Notes: generated by a model from the letters alone, not told the origin. Positions 28,249 to 38,049 are shown, counted from the stretch's first letter. The stretch: DNA of 38,245 nucleotides from Chlamydiota bacterium (GCA_050049995.1 JASFVE010000007.1:1-38245), one strand, 5' to 3'. Program-made: numbers and translations.

Positions 28249-29117
28249 AAAGCTTTATATGCTTTTTTTTCTCTAATCATTGACTCACAAAGAAGCTGAT
28301 GCTTCCTGTTAAGCTTGTCATCGTTAATGGGATTTACTCTGTTATAAATATACAAAACATCATCAATAAAATGTATATGACCCTTTGCCGCCATTTCCAA
28401 CATAGGAATCATAAAGGCCAAATCTGAAGCCATGGAAAAAAACTTCCCTTCATTTAAAAGGTCGTTTTTTTGAATTCTTTTAAACAAGCCGGCTTGAAAA
28501 GTTTTTACATGAGAAAATATCCAGTTATGCTTTCGAAATGGCTTTTTTTCTACTTTTCTACAATGACCTTTTTTGTAAGCAGGATAAGTAACATATTGGC
28601 CATACGTCATCCATATATCAGGATTAGCATAAGCTTGATTCAAGCGGCCTAAGACGTTTTCATGAGAAAGCCAGTCATCACCATCCACCAAAACAACAAT
28701 TTCATCATTTTCGCAAGTATGGACAGCATTATAAATATTCTGAAGAGCCCCTAAATTTACTGGATTGTCAACAATAGTAAAATTTACTTGTGATATTTTT
28801 TTATATTTTTGAGCAATCTGCAAAGTATTGTCTGTCGAAGCATCATTAATAAAAATGACTCTAAAATTAGGATAGCTTTGTTCTAGGACAGATGACAAGT
28901 TTTTATCACACCATTTTTCATTATTATAAGAAGGAATAACAACAACAAATGGCTTATTTTCAATTACGGGATAACTCTTACAAGATTGTACCTTTTTACT
29001 TTCACGATAGCCCTTATATAAAAGGTACCCCTTCCCTGACAAAAATCCTAAAACTAAAAGTAATATTGGAATTAAAACTTTAAATAGCTTTTTGAGTCCA
29101 TCGCATGACTTGAGCAA
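28245..29117 (-). CDS. Glycosyltransferase family 2, copy A
   Basis: N-terminal TM helix; VVVIPSYNN, FINDASTD and LVDGDDW. TTG start overlapping bioY is uncertain. Confidence 0.9.
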   Translation of the reverse strand: MLKSCDGLKKLFKVLIPILLLVLGFLSGKGYLLYKGYRESKKVQSCKSYPVIENKPFVVVIPSYNNEKWCDKNLSSVLEQSYPNFRVIFINDASTDNTLQIAQKYKKISQVNFTIVDNPVNLGALQNIYNAVHTCENDEIVVLVDGDDWLSHENVLGRLNQAYANPDIWMTYGQYVTYPAYKKGHCRKVEKKPFRKHNWIFSHVKTFQAGLFKRIQKNDLLNEGKFFSMASDLAFMIPMLEMAAKGHIHFIDDVLYIYNRVNPINDDKLNRKHQLLCESMIREKKAYKAL

Positions 29118-29643
29118 GTTTCACTCCAACCACTAGTTTAAAAATATCTCCTACAACAAAAGGAAGAAATCCTAGTAAAACGGCTTTTACCATACCAGTC
29201 CAAAAACTTAAAGCAACAAAACCACATAAATGGATAATCAAACTTCCCATTCCCATAATTGTAAAAGCTCTTAATAGAGTTCGCGAGCTTGCTCTTTCAG
29301 ACATATAACCTACAAAATAGGCTGCGCATAAATATCCTATTAAATAACCACCAGTAGGACCAAAAAACATAGCTGCACCACCAAGTGATCCTGCAAAAAC
29401 AGGAAAGTTTAAAGCGCCATAGGTTAAAAATAAAAAGGTAGCCATAAACCCTCGTTTAGCACCAAGCATCAAAGCTAGCAATAAAATTGCATGACTTTGC
29501 GTAACAATAGGAACTGGGGTAAATGGAAGATAAATACTTAAATTAGAAAATAAACAAATCAAAATACTTGCTGAAAAAACTAACAAAATATCTTTCGCAA
29601 TAGATTTGCCTTCATTATATGCTGCAATATGAGTTGTTATCAT
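29080..29643 (-). CDS. bioY: Biotin transporter BioY (ECF S-component)
   Basis: Hydrophobic 187 aa; PFTPVPI, LNFPVFAG, FGPTGGYLIGY and PFVVGDIFK. Confidence 0.93.
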   Translation of the reverse strand: MITTHIAAYNEGKSIAKDILLVFSASILICLFSNLSIYLPFTPVPIVTQSHAILLLALMLGAKRGFMATFLFLTYGALNFPVFAGSLGGAAMFFGPTGGYLIGYLCAAYFVGYMSERASSRTLLRAFTIMGMGSLIIHLCGFVALSFWTGMVKAVLLGFLPFVVGDIFKLVVGVKLAQVMRWTQKAI

Positions 29644-30083
29644 AAAAATTCCTCAGAATGAAATTTACGTATTATTTCCTGAACTTTTGTTAAAATGAAC
29701 TTGCTTTCATCAAAAGTTATTTTGATATAAGCCTCTTTAAAAGAAAACCATCTTCCATCTTTTATTTCATTTTCTTGAAGAGAAAACTCCCCTTTTACTT
29801 CAACTAAATAATAATGAACGGTTTTGTCTATTTCCCTTCCTTCTTTATAAAAGTGATAGCTTTCTACTAAAGGAGTGTCTGATAAAAATTTAGTTATTTC
29901 TAATTTTGTCTCTTCGTAAAGCTCTCTTTGAGCTGTTTCTTTAGGAGACTCTTTTAAGGATGGATGGCCTTTGGGAAACCCCCAGTGATCACCATTTTTA
30001 TGTTGTACTAAAAAAATGTGCCACTGGCCATTAATAATTTGCAGAGGAATGGCCCCATAGGAGGTATCTTTATATAGTTTCAT
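29640..30083 (-). CDS. Nudix hydrolase, likely asymmetric Ap4A hydrolase (CT771-like)
   Basis: HWGFPKGH and the Nudix box ETAQRELYEET; KTVHYYL; next to fabF as in Chlamydia. Confidence 0.88.
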   Translation of the reverse strand: MKLYKDTSYGAIPLQIINGQWHIFLVQHKNGDHWGFPKGHPSLKESPKETAQRELYEETKLEITKFLSDTPLVESYHFYKEGREIDKTVHYYLVEVKGEFSLQENEIKDGRWFSFKEAYIKITFDESKFILTKVQEIIRKFHSEEFL

Positions 30084-31339
30084 TACTTTTTAAAAGGGGC
30101 AAAAACTAGCGTTGAATTATGTCCTCCAAATCCAAATGAATTAGAAATAGCCACTTTAACATCTAATGGCTTGGCTTCATTAGCAACAATATCAACACCA
30201 TCAAGCTCAGGCTCTGGATTTTCTATGTTGATAGTAGGATGCAACATTTTAGTTTGAATTGCTTTAACAGTTGCTATGGCTTCTAATCCACCAGCAGCAC
30301 CTAAACAATGCCCTATCATAGATTTGGTAGAATTTACTTTTAAGTTTTTGTAATGATCATTAAAAACTTTTTTTAACGCTCTTATCTCACATAAATCTCC
30401 AGCTAACGTGGAGGTTGCATGAGCATTGACATAGTTTACATCTTCTTTTTGCACACCTGCTTGCTTAAGAGCTACTTCCATACACGCTGCAACTCCTGAA
30501 CCATCTGCTTTAGGATCAGTCATGTGATGAGCATCACAATTGGTACTTCCCCCTAAGTATTCCGCTAAAATAGGAGCCCCTCTCTTTTGCGCATGTTCAA
30601 GACTTTCTAAAATAAGCACACCTGCACCTTCGCCCATAACAAAGCCATCTCTACTAGTATCCCATGGTCTTGATGCTTTAGTAGGATCGTCATTTCTAGT
30701 TGAAAGCGCTTTAATGGCCACAAATCCTGCAAGCCCGATTGGATTAATAGGCGCTTCAGAGCCTCCACAAATCATTAAGTCTGCACTACCATTTTGAATT
30801 TGCTCTGCCGCAGAAACTATACTGTAATTTGATGTTGCACATGCTGTGGAAATCGAGTAGTTAGGTCCTTCAAAGCCTAAGTCAATAGCTAAAAGAGCCC
30901 CACCCATATTTGTAATAATATAAGGAACGAAAAAGGGAGTAAGACGTTTGAAACTTTTATTTAAGACAGTTCCAGTGCCATCATAGAAAACACTCATGCC
31001 GCCCATACCAGAACCAACGATAATTCCACATTTTGACTTATCAAGCTGATCTAATTGATCTAAAGGTAATTGAGCATGCTCAAGCGCTTTTTTCCCAGCA
31101 GCCATAATGTATCGAATAAACGGATCAACTCTTCTAGCTTGCTTTCGGTCCATATATTTATCGACTTCAAAGTCTTGTACTGACCCAGCAAATCTGGTTG
31201 GGAATTCTTCACAAGGAAATTGGTTAATTGCAGTAATACCACTCTCCCCTTTTAATAAGCGCTCATAGTAAACGTCAGGATCCATTCCAAAACAGGAAAC
31301 TAAACCAAGACCTGTAACAACAATCCTTTTTTTACTCAT
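30083..31339 (-). CDS. fabF: 3-oxoacyl-ACP synthase II
   Basis: RIVVTGLG, STACAT (Cys), DGFVMGEGAG, NAHATST, KSMIGHCLG and SNSFGFGGHN. Start set to ATG 31339 (GAGGAAGG SD). Confidence 0.97.
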   Translation of the reverse strand: MSKKRIVVTGLGLVSCFGMDPDVYYERLLKGESGITAINQFPCEEFPTRFAGSVQDFEVDKYMDRKQARRVDPFIRYIMAAGKKALEHAQLPLDQLDQLDKSKCGIIVGSGMGGMSVFYDGTGTVLNKSFKRLTPFFVPYIITNMGGALLAIDLGFEGPNYSISTACATSNYSIVSAAEQIQNGSADLMICGGSEAPINPIGLAGFVAIKALSTRNDDPTKASRPWDTSRDGFVMGEGAGVLILESLEHAQKRGAPILAEYLGGSTNCDAHHMTDPKADGSGVAACMEVALKQAGVQKEDVNYVNAHATSTLAGDLCEIRALKKVFNDHYKNLKVNSTKSMIGHCLGAAGGLEAIATVKAIQTKMLHPTINIENPEPELDGVDIVANEAKPLDVKVAISNSFGFGGHNSTLVFAPFKK

Positions 31340-31358
31340 ACCTTCCTCATGAATAGCT

Positions 31359-31712
31359 TTATTGGTTAACTTCAATTCCTAATTCAACAATTTTAGCATC
31401 CGGCCAAAGGTGTTCTATTTGGTATCTTTCTCGCATACTAGGCACAAAAAGATGGACAATCACATCGAGATAGTCAATGACTATCCAATCACTATCTTCA
31501 AGGCCTTCAATACGGTAAGGTTTTTCACCTAGCTCATCTAAAAGTTCATTGGCCAGCGCTTTAACGTGTCGATCAACGTTCCCCTCAGCAATAAGAACAT
31601 AATCTGTAATTGAGGAACACTCTCGCAAGTCAAGAGCTAATATGTTAAAGCCCTTTTTATCATAAATAATTTGGGCAATATTACTAAGTATTGAAATTAA
31701 GTTATTTTTCAT
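31359..31712 (-). CDS. rsfS: Ribosome silencing factor
   Basis: DKKG.NI, RHVKALA, EG...SDWIVIDYLDVIVHLF and RERYQIEHLW. Confidence 0.95.
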   Translation of the reverse strand: MKNNLISILSNIAQIIYDKKGFNILALDLRECSSITDYVLIAEGNVDRHVKALANELLDELGEKPYRIEGLEDSDWIVIDYLDVIVHLFVPSMRERYQIEHLWPDAKIVELGIEVNQ

Positions 31713-31745
31713 AGGAACGATTATAAATTATTATCTTCATTAAGA

Positions 31746-32354
31746 TCAAGATTGATATATCTGATGCATGTATATGTAGCTTAGTACGTTAGAGGGAACC
31801 AAATGACCACAATAAAGTTTTTCCTGCAATCTTCGCCTAATTTGCGTGCTACTAATGTCAAAAATTGGCATTTCAGTAAAACTACCTTCAAAATATTTTT
31901 TAAATGTAGCTGGTATGTTTTTGGCTTCTTGATTTCTAAGTCCGACAAGAGGTTGAGATAAATTTAAAATTTTTTCTACATCTTTCCAAGTCGGAAAGCT
32001 AACCAGTAAATCAGCTGTTAAAATTAAAAACAGCTTGTCATTGGGATGAATTTTCAAAACTTCTTGCAAGGCATCAATAGTATAAGAAAAACCTTTCTTT
32101 TTAGCTTCATAATCGAAAAGCTCAAATGAGGAAACATCCTCTACTACTTTCTTTACCATATCTACCCTTTGCTCTACAGAGGCTATGGGTTGATTGTTTT
32201 TTTTGTGAGGAGAGCAATATGCTGGTGAAAAGTAAACTTTATCTAATTGATGCACCTCTAACATGTTAATAGCCAAATTAACATGTCCCAAATGAATAGG
32301 ATCAAAACTGCCACCAAAAAAAGCAATTTTTTTTCTTTCTACATCATTTTCCAT
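31746..32354 (-). CDS. nadD: Nicotinate-nucleotide adenylyltransferase
   Basis: FFGGSFDPIHLGH, SPHK, SYTIDAL, W and ISSTQIR. Confidence 0.93.
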   Translation of the reverse strand: MENDVERKKIAFFGGSFDPIHLGHVNLAINMLEVHQLDKVYFSPAYCSPHKKNNQPIASVEQRVDMVKKVVEDVSSFELFDYEAKKKGFSYTIDALQEVLKIHPNDKLFLILTADLLVSFPTWKDVEKILNLSQPLVGLRNQEAKNIPATFKKYFEGSFTEMPIFDISSTQIRRRLQEKLYCGHLVPSNVLSYIYMHQIYQS

Positions 32355-32980
32355 CCGTACTTCAATCCAGCAGCTTTTAATTTCCTATCTGGGTTTACAA
32401 GATATACTGTACCACAGTTTTTTAAAAAGGGAAGATCGTCATAACTATCTGAGTAACCTATTAGGTCTTCTTTTTTTAGATCCATTTTCTGTGCGACTTT
32501 TTGTACAAACCTAGCTTTTTCTTCTCCATGAATAATTATCGAAAACTCAGACAGCTGATTTAAATCATTTTTGACATATTCAGTCGCTTGAATCATTTGA
32601 ATATTTAATCTTTCAGCAATAGGTTTAACTAAAAACTCAGGAGAACTCGAAAGTAATAAACTTGCTTCTCCTTGCAATTGAGATTCTTTTAAATGCTGGA
32701 TAACTTGAGTGTTTAAGGAACCCATTAAGTAAAGGTCTAAAAATTCACTTACATGCGCTTGAAAGACTTGCAAATTTTTTCCCGACAAAAAACTTTTGAA
32801 AATTTTTTTATGCAAGTCTAAAACTGACAATAATCCGAAATGATATCCTAGAAAGAAAAGAGCTGGCAAAAATAGCGAGAATAAGCCGAAGACCCTTTTC
32901 TTAAATAAAAACTTAAAAAATAGTAAGCTGCAATTTCCTTTATACAAAGTATTGTCTAGATCAAAGACAAACAGTTTCAA
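32339..32980 (-). CDS. HAD-IB family (PSPase-like) hydrolase
   Basis: VFDLDNTL motif I, LLSSSP motif II, GEEK, YSDSYDDLP and VNPD. Confidence 0.88.
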   Translation of the reverse strand: MKLFVFDLDNTLYKGNCSLLFFKFLFKKRVFGLFSLFLPALFFLGYHFGLLSVLDLHKKIFKSFLSGKNLQVFQAHVSEFLDLYLMGSLNTQVIQHLKESQLQGEASLLLSSSPEFLVKPIAERLNIQMIQATEYVKNDLNQLSEFSIIIHGEEKARFVQKVAQKMDLKKEDLIGYSDSYDDLPFLKNCGTVYLVNPDRKLKAAGLKYGWKMM

Positions 32981-32985
32981 GAAAA

Positions 32986-34560
32986 TTAGCCCCCTTCAAT
33001 TTCTGAAATCTTTTCTTCGATTTCAGCAATCCCTTCTTCAACTTTTTCAAGACGTTCTTTTTCGGTATCAATCATTTCTCGATACATCATTGCCTTTTCA
33101 AAGTCAAATCCTGATCCACCTAGTTCTTTGCGGTAAACTTCTAATTGCTTTTTAATATCTTGTCTTCGTTTTTTTCTTTCAGCAAGAACTTGGTTAAAAC
33201 TATCTAGAGATTTAAGATCGTCTTCACTTAAATTAAGTAAGGCTTTTTCTTTTAAATCTATTAATAGATCTTTCAAAGGTTTAAGACTTCTGTCAAGAGT
33301 TTGTTTTTCAAACTTCGATAAAGTAAGGGTTTCAATTTTGCTCTGAATTTCCTTGATTTCACTTTGCAAATTCTCAACATTAAGTTCGCCACTCTTATTA
33401 AAGCACTCATTAATTTTCTGCTTAACAGCTTCGATTTCTTGTAGTCTCTTTCTTTGCTGCTCTTGTTCTAACTGAAGACGTTTCTCTTGTTCTAATTTCT
33501 TCTTTTCTTCAATAGGCGCTTTAAGCTGAGCTATCTGTTTCTTTAACTCTCTAACTTCTTCTTTACCGAGCTCTACTGTTTTCATAAAACTGAAAATCTT
33601 GTCAATTTCGCTGTCAGCATCCTGTATTGTCAAGTCTGCAAGTTTAGGAGAAAGCTCATCAATAAGCTCTTGAACTTTTTGTTTATTTTCAACAAAGATA
33701 GCTTTTTTCTCTGTAAACTCTTTCTTTCTGTCCTTTTCGATATCTCTTAACTTATCCCAAAAACTGCTAAGTAAGTTTCTTAATTCTGAAAAGACTTTAT
33801 TGTTAAGATTTAAGTTTTTTCCAATACTCTGAATCGCCTTAACTTCATCTTTTAATGCATAGTAAGGGGCATGTAGGATTTCACCATTCTGGAAATGCTT
33901 TTCAACAAAGGATTTCACAGCTGCAAAAAATTCTTCGCTAATTTGTTGGATAATTTCCTTTCTCTTAGGAAATAGAAAGTCTCCAATTTTTGAAATTCTT
34001 CGGAAAAATTTATTTTTGTGCCGTATTCTCATTTCAGTGACCATTAGCTCTTTCCGTAAAGAGCTTTGCCTTGCAATAAGTGTATTAAACAAGTTTATTT
34101 CACCTTGAAGGTCAGCTAAATGAGGAAGGGATTCTTTGAGTGCCCTAGATTCCTCAGGAAGTTTTGCACTTGGTACTTCTAGTTTATTTTCTTGTAAAAG
34201 AGCTATGTCTTTTTCCAAATCAGTAAGAGCTAGGTCAATCTGTTCTAATGTAAAGGAAGACTGTTCATCTAAAATCTCCTTTAATTTTCTAGCCTCTGTT
34301 GTTAGCTCTAAAAACTCATTCCAAAGAGAAGATCTCACAAAAGAACTGAGATTTTCTTTAAAAAGAGGTAAACATAAACGACGAACTTCCCAAAACTGTT
34401 TAAAGTTAGGAATTTTATCCTGAGATATGGCTTCTTTCATGCTATCCAAGCAAAAACGAAGTTTTTCTTCAGGAGTGCTAAGGGTTTGCATCTGCGCTAC
34501 AAATTTTTCATCTAAAGATGAAACTGGATCTTTTGGTTTTTCTGAATTCATTACGCTCAT
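32986..34560 (-). CDS. Conserved chlamydial coiled-coil protein (CT768-like)
   Basis: 524-aa E/K-rich helical protein with FWEVRRLCLPLFK and GGSGFDFEKAM; position upstream of rsfS/fabF matches recalled chlamydial synteny. Confidence 0.78.
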   Translation of the reverse strand: MSVMNSEKPKDPVSSLDEKFVAQMQTLSTPEEKLRFCLDSMKEAISQDKIPNFKQFWEVRRLCLPLFKENLSSFVRSSLWNEFLELTTEARKLKEILDEQSSFTLEQIDLALTDLEKDIALLQENKLEVPSAKLPEESRALKESLPHLADLQGEINLFNTLIARQSSLRKELMVTEMRIRHKNKFFRRISKIGDFLFPKRKEIIQQISEEFFAAVKSFVEKHFQNGEILHAPYYALKDEVKAIQSIGKNLNLNNKVFSELRNLLSSFWDKLRDIEKDRKKEFTEKKAIFVENKQKVQELIDELSPKLADLTIQDADSEIDKIFSFMKTVELGKEEVRELKKQIAQLKAPIEEKKKLEQEKRLQLEQEQQRKRLQEIEAVKQKINECFNKSGELNVENLQSEIKEIQSKIETLTLSKFEKQTLDRSLKPLKDLLIDLKEKALLNLSEDDLKSLDSFNQVLAERKKRRQDIKKQLEVYRKELGGSGFDFEKAMMYREMIDTEKERLEKVEEGIAEIEEKISEIEGG

Positions 34561-34739
34561 TATTCGAGAAATGATTTTGAATTGAAGTTATTTGAATCAA
34601 GCAATGCAACACATTACAAAAAATTAAGATTTTATGAAAGAAATATCTATTTTTTAGTTAGAAAAAAAGGTTTTCTGGATAAAAAATACTTGAATCAGTT
34701 ATTAAAAAAATTCTTTATTGTCTTTTTGAGAACAAGAAA

Positions 34740-35879
34740 ATGATTAAGTCATTATTAAAATTTCTACCTTCTTTTTTGTGCGTTGTTAATATCTATGCAA
34801 CTGACTACTCCCCTGATGTTTTAATGAGCGGCCTACTTCCATCATCTAGAGAATGCACATACCCTAGAAAAGAGCAGTATGGCGCCGCATATATTTCCGC
34901 TTCCTTTATTTTTTGGCAGGCAAAACAGGGAAAAATGGATTTTGCGGCTAAAAACGAAGGTCCAGACAAGCCAGTTACTGGAGTAAAAAATTTAAATATG
35001 GAAATTATTACTCCTGACTTTTCCTGGAACGCAGGAGCCAAAGTTACATTAGGCTATAACCTACCTTCAGATGATATGGACCTTCAGGCTAAGTGGACGT
35101 ATGCTAAAGGCGGGTTCACGCATATTAAAAAAAATGTCTTTAGCGAAAACAATATCCCTGGAGAAGGGGTGATCCCCTTATGGTACTTTCCATTTTTACG
35201 AAATATCAGTACTACAACTGACCCTAGATATCAACATGGTGCTGGAGACTGGAAGCTTCGACTCAACTCTATTGATTTAGATTGGGGTAAGGGTTTTTTA
35301 CCAATAGAGTCACTGAAAGTAAGGCTTGGAGCTGGGATGAAAGTTGCTTTTATCAGACAGTTATACAAAGTCGAGTATAATCGAGGAAATGATGTCACAG
35401 CAGATAGCCAGCTCGTACAGCTAGTAGCAAGCAACCTGGTTTTAAAAAACGACTCTGCAGGTATTGGCCCTAGATTTGGATTTGAATCTAGATGGAAATT
35501 ATTTTGGGGATTTAGCTTAATTGGTGATGGAGCATTTTCTTTAGTTTATGATTACTTTGGCGTTAATAGAGATCAAGTCGATTTAATCTATAATTACGAA
35601 ACAGAGAGCTTAGATTCACACTTTGCAAAGTTATATGACTCTTTTAGCAAAATCCAACCGGTTTTAGAAATTTCTTTAGGCTTAGACTGGGGGATGTGCC
35701 TTTCTATCAAAAATCACGAAAGTTATTTTGGAATCACTATCGCTTATGACACGCAGTACTGGTGGGCTCAAAACCAAATGCAAAGAGTAATCAGCTCAGC
35801 ATTTGTGGGTGATTTATTTAACAATAAAGGAGATTTACAACTTCAAGGACTAACCATGTCAGCAAGATTTGACTTTTAA
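34740..35879 (+). CDS. Lpg1974-family / MOMP-like outer-membrane beta-barrel, copy 1
   Basis: Signal peptide, FWQAK, GIGPRFG, YWWAQNQ and C-terminal GDLQLQGLTMSARFDF (terminal Phe). Confidence 0.85.
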   Translation: MIKSLLKFLPSFLCVVNIYATDYSPDVLMSGLLPSSRECTYPRKEQYGAAYISASFIFWQAKQGKMDFAAKNEGPDKPVTGVKNLNMEIITPDFSWNAGAKVTLGYNLPSDDMDLQAKWTYAKGGFTHIKKNVFSENNIPGEGVIPLWYFPFLRNISTTTDPRYQHGAGDWKLRLNSIDLDWGKGFLPIESLKVRLGAGMKVAFIRQLYKVEYNRGNDVTADSQLVQLVASNLVLKNDSAGIGPRFGFESRWKLFWGFSLIGDGAFSLVYDYFGVNRDQVDLIYNYETESLDSHFAKLYDSFSKIQPVLEISLGLDWGMCLSIKNHESYFGITIAYDTQYWWAQNQMQRVISSAFVGDLFNNKGDLQLQGLTMSARFDF

Positions 35880-35890
35880 TTCGGTGATGC

Positions 35891-36997
35891 ATGAATAAAA
35901 AGGGACTATTAATACTTTTAAGTGTTGTTGCTTTATCTTACGGCAGCGAACAGTGCTGCGCTAATACTTGTGAATCGATAAAAGGCAATACAGGATATTT
36001 ACATACAGCAAGAGGCTGTTATCGCAATGACATCTGTTGCAACTCTGATAGGTGGGGTGGCATTTTCACGGCAGATTTATTGATATGGCAGGCAAAGGTC
36101 GACGGCTTAGAGTTTGCAGCAAAAAACAGCATATTTCAAACTCAAGGCTTAAACATTAATGCCAGTAATGTCTACCCAGACTTTGATTGGAGGCCAGGGG
36201 TAAAAGTAGGTCTTGGTGTTTATATTCCTTGTGATTGGGATTTTTACTCTAACTTTACCTACTTTTATACTAATTCGAAAACAAGCACTTCAGCTGAAAC
36301 TAGTATTTTTGGTTTTGGTCTCATCCCTTTAATTAGACATCCAGCGAATGTTCCAACAACTCCATTAAGGTTTGGATCTGCTAGCTCTCAGTGGAAGATG
36401 GACTTTTATACATTAGACTGTGAATTAGGATATGCTATGATTGTAAGTAAATATTTAGATTTAAGGCTTCATGGAGGCTTAAAGGGGGCTATTATAAATC
36501 AAGAATATACTGTCCAATACCGTAATGGACAGACTATAGGAGATATTCAAGTTAATTACGGAAATGTAGATTTAAAAAATGATAGCAGAGGGATTGGCCC
36601 ACGCCTTGGTTTACAAAGTAAATGGAGATTAAAAAAGGAATGGTTTATTCAAAGCTCAGGTGCTGTGTCCGCAATCCTCTCACAATTTGATATTCGAAGA
36701 AATGAAACCGATCAAGCTCTAAATACAGACACAAATACTGAAATAATTACAGATATAAATTTTACTGAAAAAATTTGGAGATGGAATCCAGCTTTGGACA
36801 TGATCTTGGGTATCGGATGGGAAAGATGTTTTGGATGTTTTCAGATCCAGTGTAATGTGAATTATGAGATTCAGTACTTTTGGGAACAAAATCTTATGAG
36901 AAGGTTTACTGATAATTTTAATGAAGCCTTAAATGTGTCAACAAAAGGAGATCTAATGCTTCACGGTGTATCTTTTCAATTTCGCTTTGATTTTTGA
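35891..36997 (+). CDS. Lpg1974-family / MOMP-like outer-membrane beta-barrel, copy 2 (Cys-rich)
   Basis: Signal peptide, IWQAKVDGLEFA, GIGPRLG, YFWEQN and GDLMLHGVSFQFRFDF. Confidence 0.85.
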   Translation: MNKKGLLILLSVVALSYGSEQCCANTCESIKGNTGYLHTARGCYRNDICCNSDRWGGIFTADLLIWQAKVDGLEFAAKNSIFQTQGLNINASNVYPDFDWRPGVKVGLGVYIPCDWDFYSNFTYFYTNSKTSTSAETSIFGFGLIPLIRHPANVPTTPLRFGSASSQWKMDFYTLDCELGYAMIVSKYLDLRLHGGLKGAIINQEYTVQYRNGQTIGDIQVNYGNVDLKNDSRGIGPRLGLQSKWRLKKEWFIQSSGAVSAILSQFDIRRNETDQALNTDTNTEIITDINFTEKIWRWNPALDMILGIGWERCFGCFQIQCNVNYEIQYFWEQNLMRRFTDNFNEALNVSTKGDLMLHGVSFQFRFDF

Positions 36998-37005
36998 GGA
37001 ACTTT

Positions 37006-38049
37006 ATGAAAAAAATATTACTTTTTTTACTCCCTCTTTTCTTATTGGCTCAAGAGTGTATCGTTCTACCTTCTGCACGTCCCTGCCAATTTAATAACTG
37101 CGCAAAACCGCTCTTATATACCGACTTAGATTTACTATACTGGCAAGCTAAAGAAGAAGGTTTAGAGTATGCCATAAGTAACACAGCAAATAATAATAAC
37201 TTGGATGCTTCGGTAATTTCCCCTGAATTTGAGTGGCGCTTTGCTTTTCGTTTTGCTCTAGGTTTTCATTTACCTTATGACGATTGGGACTTAGGAATCC
37301 AAGTCACACATTTTGACGCCAAGTCTAAAAATGACAACAGCAGCTTTAATCTAAATCCTCCTTTAGTATCTTCAGGGCAAGGGCTCATTCCCGTTTGGAC
37401 TCACCCAGGAGCATTCTCAGGAGACTTAATTAATGTAAGATGGCAAATTGCCGATTCAAAATGGAAACTCAACTATAATATTATCGACACGAAACTTGGA
37501 AGGAACTTCTGCGTAAGCTCTGCCCTTTCTATAAACCCTTATTTTGGCATTAAAAATGCCATCATCCACCAAAATTTTTCCCTTCACTATAAGTTCGCTA
37601 ATGGAGCTGCCATTGGGCCTGCGGCCACTGATGTTGCACTAAAAAGTTTTTCCTATGGAGTAGGGCCCTTGCTTGGACTTGACACTAAGTGGCATGCAAG
37701 CTGTATGTGGAGTTTTTTCACCAAGTTTTCTTTTTCTCTTTTGCACACACATTTTACTTCTGAAAGGGTGGAAAATGACTTAAGTACCAATAACAATGAT
37801 AGAGCTGAACTTAATGAAAAATACTGGACATATAAACCTGAAGTCGAAGGCGCAATTGGTATTAATTGCGACATTTGCTCAGGAAAAATGCAGCATATAG
37901 GAATTAGTGTTGCTTATGAAGCCCAGTATTGGTTCAAGCAAAATCAAATGATTAGATTTATTGATGCAAATATTGATGGAAAAACTAGAAATACGCTAGG
38001 CGACTTGCTCTTGCATGGATTAAGTGTAAATTTTCGATTTGACTTCTAA
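37006..38049 (+). CDS. Lpg1974-family / MOMP-like outer-membrane beta-barrel, copy 3
   Basis: ATG 37006 (MKKILL, GAGG SD); YWQAKEEGLEYA, GVGPLLG, YWFKQNQ and GDLLLHGLSVNFRFDF. Confidence 0.85.
   Translation: MKKILLFLLPLFLLAQECIVLPSARPCQFNNCAKPLLYTDLDLLYWQAKEEGLEYAISNTANNNNLDASVISPEFEWRFAFRFALGFHLPYDDWDLGIQVTHFDAKSKNDNSSFNLNPPLVSSGQGLIPVWTHPGAFSGDLINVRWQIADSKWKLNYNIIDTKLGRNFCVSSALSINPYFGIKNAIIHQNFSLHYKFANGAAIGPAATDVALKSFSYGVGPLLGLDTKWHASCMWSFFTKFSFSLLHTHFTSERVENDLSTNNNDRAELNEKYWTYKPEVEGAIGINCDICSGKMQHIGISVAYEAQYWFKQNQMIRFIDANIDGKTRNTLGDLLLHGLSVNFRFDF

Noticed and set aside
956..37874. Many short antisense or alternate-frame ORFs in the track (e.g. 3895-4263, 4527-4802, 6106-6474, 6962-7411, 9431-9769, 21202-21537, 24386-24688)
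   Set aside because: They lie within well-supported genes and carry no motifs; they are typical shadow ORFs.
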